In this document: positions 59,965-64,000 of the stretch, piece after piece
Position numbering within the stretch: the first letter of the stretch is position 1
How the letters are laid out: every line of letters begins with the position of its first letter
Assembly (NCBI GenBank): GCA_964035545.1
Contig: OZ037767.1
Span: forward strand, 3,610,507-3,674,506
Direction of reading: 5' to 3'
Origin: Bugula neritina
Taxonomy: Eukaryota > Animalia > Bryozoa
Length of the DNA stretch: 64,000 nt
Translations under genes and position numbers: made by a program
Notes under the pieces: generated by a model
Told to the model about the DNA's origin: nothing
The model's input: only the letters and a program-made list of their open reading frames with translations
Database searches by the model: none

Positions 59965-61479
59965 AAGTAGTTATTTTGAAGAGCAATAGTTTCTAGTCAT
60001 TCATATTCTGCAGCTAGTCAGGATTTAAGGCTAAGTTTAGCCTTAATGTGTGAACAGCCTCTTAAATCAGCTGTTCCTTTCTTTTAATGATGACTGAGCA
60101 TTTTCACTTGAATTTTGTATTTTTTAAGACTATTTATAAATACAAATACTATTTGTATGTTTGTTGGCTTTTGTTTTAGATTACATTCTTATATTTTGCC
60201 TCTTTCCTATTCTGCATGTGTCAGTTGCATAACTAACTGTACATTTGTTGCACCTGAATATTGTGTGGGAAACACTCAATAGTGTTTTTATTTAAATAGT
60301 TCAAAGTTAGCTTTGAAAACTGCTGAATAAAGTCACATGACTTTCATAATAGTGACACGTATTGAAACCTAGTGTATAAGCATTATTTCCTTATGGTTTT
60401 AGCCCTAAGATTATGCTAAAAATTTTTTGATAAAAATATTATTTTGATGGAAATACAGTTTTGCAGTTGAATATGTTAGCAAATTTTATTGATTTACTAA
60501 GTTTGTACGACACTGATTACTATAATTTGTGTTAGTCCTCTATTATTGTAGTGTCATGTTAGTGAGAAAGGTGATTTGTTTATATATGTCAGACTGACAA
60601 TATATTTTCCTTACTCACAATAAGACATAAACACACATCTCTTCTATTCAGCAAAACATCAAAACAAAAGACACCATAAGTAGCATAAAACTTGACTTCA
60701 TCTCTTTGAAAACTGGATCAAAATTCAGTAAGCTGTTACAACACATTTTATATTCACTTGCATAGATTTTAATATTTATACGTACTCTAATTGTTGTGAA
60801 GTTTATATATATTTTATTTTGCATTAATTAGAATAACAAAAATGGCAGTTTTGCTCTGTAAAACCTCACACTAAGCGCACTATACTAATGATTTATAATT
60901 TTAAGTTGAACAAGGAAGTGCATGACATACTATAATCCCCCACTCACTCACATCACCCACTATAATAACTTATCTAATCATAACAATAATCATGTGCCCA
61001 TAATAACATGCTTAGCCTCTAATACGACAGAAGTCATTGTTTAATTGAGCGCCTTGTGTACTGCCGACTACATGCAGGCTCTACACTCAACTTTCACTGA
61101 GACTTCCAATATATAACAGTTGTAGTTAAGGTGAGTATAGCAATATTTCTACTATATTGTAGTATAAGTGTAATACTATAGGTGTAGTACTATACTATAC
61201 ATGTACTGTAGGTGTGATACTATAATATACCTATACTATAGGTGTAGTACTATACTATACATGTACTGCATGTAGCTGTGATACTATAATATATACCTAT
61301 ACTGTTGTACTATACATGGACTATAGGTGTGACATATATATCTGTACCATAGGTGTAGTAACCAAACCTCTGAATAATGAAGTTATTTGTTTCCATTGCT
61401 ATTAGCTTTATTGTTAATTTAAAGCTAACTCAGCATGCATAGTAAATGCAGTATTTTAAACTGGTGTGTAAAATACCTG

Positions 61480-61548
61480 CCCCACCAGGAATCAAACCTC
61501 GGACTTTTAACTTACAAGCCAACATGCTACTCATTGCACTATGAGAGC
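61480..61548 (-). mobile_element. Degenerate tRNA-like element (SINE head or tRNA pseudogene)
   Basis: Reverse strand GCTCTCATAGTGCAATGAGTAGCATG...GAGGTTTGATTCCTGGTGGG has A- and B-box-like spacing, but the stems do not pair cleanly. Confidence 0.5.
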
Positions 61549-63269
61549 TACTGGAAATCTCAACACTATGAGATGTTGGATTATTTGGTATAATGAATAC
61601 AAAGTTTATTACAAGAAGCATTTCAGACTAATTTTGTCATTAAATCATGGAGGCAGCCAGGCTTAAGTCATAACCCACATTCCAGTGCATCAAATCCTGA
61701 GAAAATGTAGATGGTGACAGAAATATCAAATCCTCCATCTATCAAGTTTCTTGTGTAGTTTGTGTGAAAAACTTTCAATAGTTCATCAACAGGTTAAAAC
61801 TATTATTATTGTTCTCATAGCAACAATTGATGGCAATAAACAATTATAATATGAACATGTTCTTTGCATGGGTGTAAGTGCAGCGATGCAAATTTTACAT
61901 ATAAAATTAAACAGATAGAATAGTTTCCCTGCGCAGTACTCCATAAATTTGTGGTGAATATCTGTAAGTTGTCATTGGTGCTTAAAATTATGTGCTGCTG
62001 CTAAGTTTATACTAAGTCGATCTACATCATTACAGTATTGAAAAGTTATTGTTGAAGTATTTCAATAACGATAATAACTGCAACCTACATCAGTGAACTG
62101 TCAATTTATTAACATTACTGGAAGAAAAGAATATTACCTTTGAAAATTTGTCATCGAAAAAAAGATGTTTCATATTGTATAGCATTAGATTCAATCGAAA
62201 GTTGGTGGATTTTCAGGCGCAGCATTGATAATAAAACAATCAGCGTGCTTTACCACTGCATTGACTTACCTATCGGAAAATTGATTATGCTGTGTTTATT
62301 ATACTACGTAACTTATAAATGCAACATGAGCCCAATGCTGCATGGGTTCTGACTATTAGATGCTCTATTAGGGGGGGGGGGGGGAGCAGCAATGACCCAT
62401 GCACTGGTCTAGCAAGACACGCGTTAGATTGGGCTGCAAAACAAAACCTACAGGGGTTAGAAACCTGGCAGTGCTGTCGAAATAAATCAACCATGCTGTT
62501 TTTATGCTGAACTTGATATTGTAAAGATTATATTATAATATCAGCATGATATGAGGAATAAGTGTTATCCAGCCCAGATTTCCTTATCCCTGCACACACA
62601 GTGACAGCTCCACATTCAGTAATAATGCCATATGGCCACTCAAAGTTCATATACTTCCTTCTTATCAATCAGAAAGTGAATTGTCAGCTTATCTGCACTA
62701 TAATGTACTCAAATTTATCTATTTGACAATCTAGCTATATATATGACTATTGTAACTGATACGTAATCAAATAACTAAATTGTATTTACTTGGAAATACA
62801 TTGGTTACCAATCACTCACTGGTGAGCTGCGCAACAGTCTATCAGGAATTTCATAGATCTAATCTACATTTGTTACTCTTCTTCTGACACACCATTATCA
62901 GTTCCTTCAACTGATGTAATCATTATAAATTAAATATGTGGGAGTAAAACCCAAAAACTATGTTTCCATGACTGCGCATGGTTTGTAATTTGCATAGACT
63001 TATGGTTGTGATTTCATTCGATGTAACTATCTTCATTTGCATTGGCAAATAAAAAATCCATTCACATAATGCGAATGATGGAAACGCAGTGTATGCCTGG
63101 TCTGAGATGGAAATATCATAATAACTGGGAATTGGAACCAAATTCATTAAAATTCATGTTTTAGTTTTGCACGGATCACCTAGTTGGTATAGTTTAGCAT
63201 ATCATCAGCTTATATTTAGAAACTGTATTTTGTCTATGTTTTAGGATATCCGATCAACAAAGTTCAAAC

Positions 63270-63415
63270 ATGGCTGAAAGCTTTAATCAAGATAACTTGG
63301 ATCAAACTACTTCTATGACAGTAGAAACAGATGATGAGGTGGCATCATCACAGGAAGATATGACACGGCACACAAACACATCAGAACAAGGGGAACACAA
63401 CTTTAGCATCTCCCT
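63270..63415 (+). CDS. Probable first coding exon of a downstream unidentified gene (acidic, disordered N-terminus; continues beyond the window)
   Basis: Acceptor ttttag ending 63244, AAACATGG start context, MAESFNQDNLDQTTSMTVETDDEVASSQEDMTRHTNTSEQGEHNFSIS, donor GTAAGT at 63416. A possible upstream UTR donor AAG|GTGAGT lies at 61131. Confidence 0.55.
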
Positions 63416-63699
63416 GTAAGTATATTCTATTGATGATCAAAGACGTACTTATAAAACTTAGATCCTTATTTATGTATTAATGTGTTTATTGTTGTTTTAT
63501 GTTTGCAAGTGTTGTTAAAGTTGTACTATAATTGATGTTTTTGTAAATTATGATGCTTGAATTCTTATGAGATCTTAATTTAACTAATTTTGTATAGGAA
63601 AAGCATAACTTAGCAGGTGATAGCTATGAATCTTTCTCTAAATGATATAGCTCAACAAAGAGTTCAATTCCGCAAACGCACTGAGCAGTGGGTATATAC

Positions 63700-64000
63700 T
63701 ACCACCACACACGCACACACACCACACACACCACACACACCACACACACCACACACACCACACACACCACACACACCACACACACCACACACACACACAC
63801 ATGCCCACACACACACACTCACACACACACACCACACACACACACACACACACCACACACACGCACACACACCACACACACCACACACACCACACACACC
63901 ACACACACCACACACACCACACACACCACACACACCACACACCACACACACCACACACACCACACACACCACACACACCACACACACCACACACACCACA
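63700..64000. repeat. (CACACACCA)n / CA-rich simple repeat
   Basis: Direct reading. Confidence 0.95.

Noticed and set aside
59955-63415. In-frame fusion of DMGDH (AG|GTAAAA at its stop) to the exon starting 63245
   Set aside because: Phase compatibility is a one-in-three coincidence; DMGDH is complete at this stop, and the downstream exon has its own good start context.

Overview
AT-rich, intron-dense genomic DNA from an invertebrate animal (the Nav MFMT gate and SINE type suggest a protostome, probably lophotrochozoan; the species cannot be determined). All gene models were spliced by hand from GT-AG sites with phase checks. Contents in order: (1) the 3' half (DIII, DIV, C-terminus) of a Nav1/para-type sodium channel, + strand, 967-13884; (2) two tandem galactose-3-O-sulfotransferase paralogs, - strand, the first carrying a decayed Ty3/gypsy LTR element in an intron; (3) a 13-exon - strand gene for a single-pass receptor with two tandem Venus-flytrap (class C GPCR-like) domains, no 7TM or catalytic domain and a Tyr-motif-rich tail, broken in this assembly by a 2-nt frameshift and a nonsense codon; (4) a head-to-head 3-exon Ly6/three-finger GPI protein gene absent from the ORF track; (5) a complete 17-exon DMGDH; (6) the first coding exon of an unidentified gene. 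SINEs, MITE/foldback elements and long microsatellites are interspersed. Best leads: the VFT-VFT-TM-phosphotyrosine-tail receptor, a DIV pore D->N change of the toxin-resistance type in the Nav channel, and candidate in-frame microexons in the Nav inactivation-linker intron.
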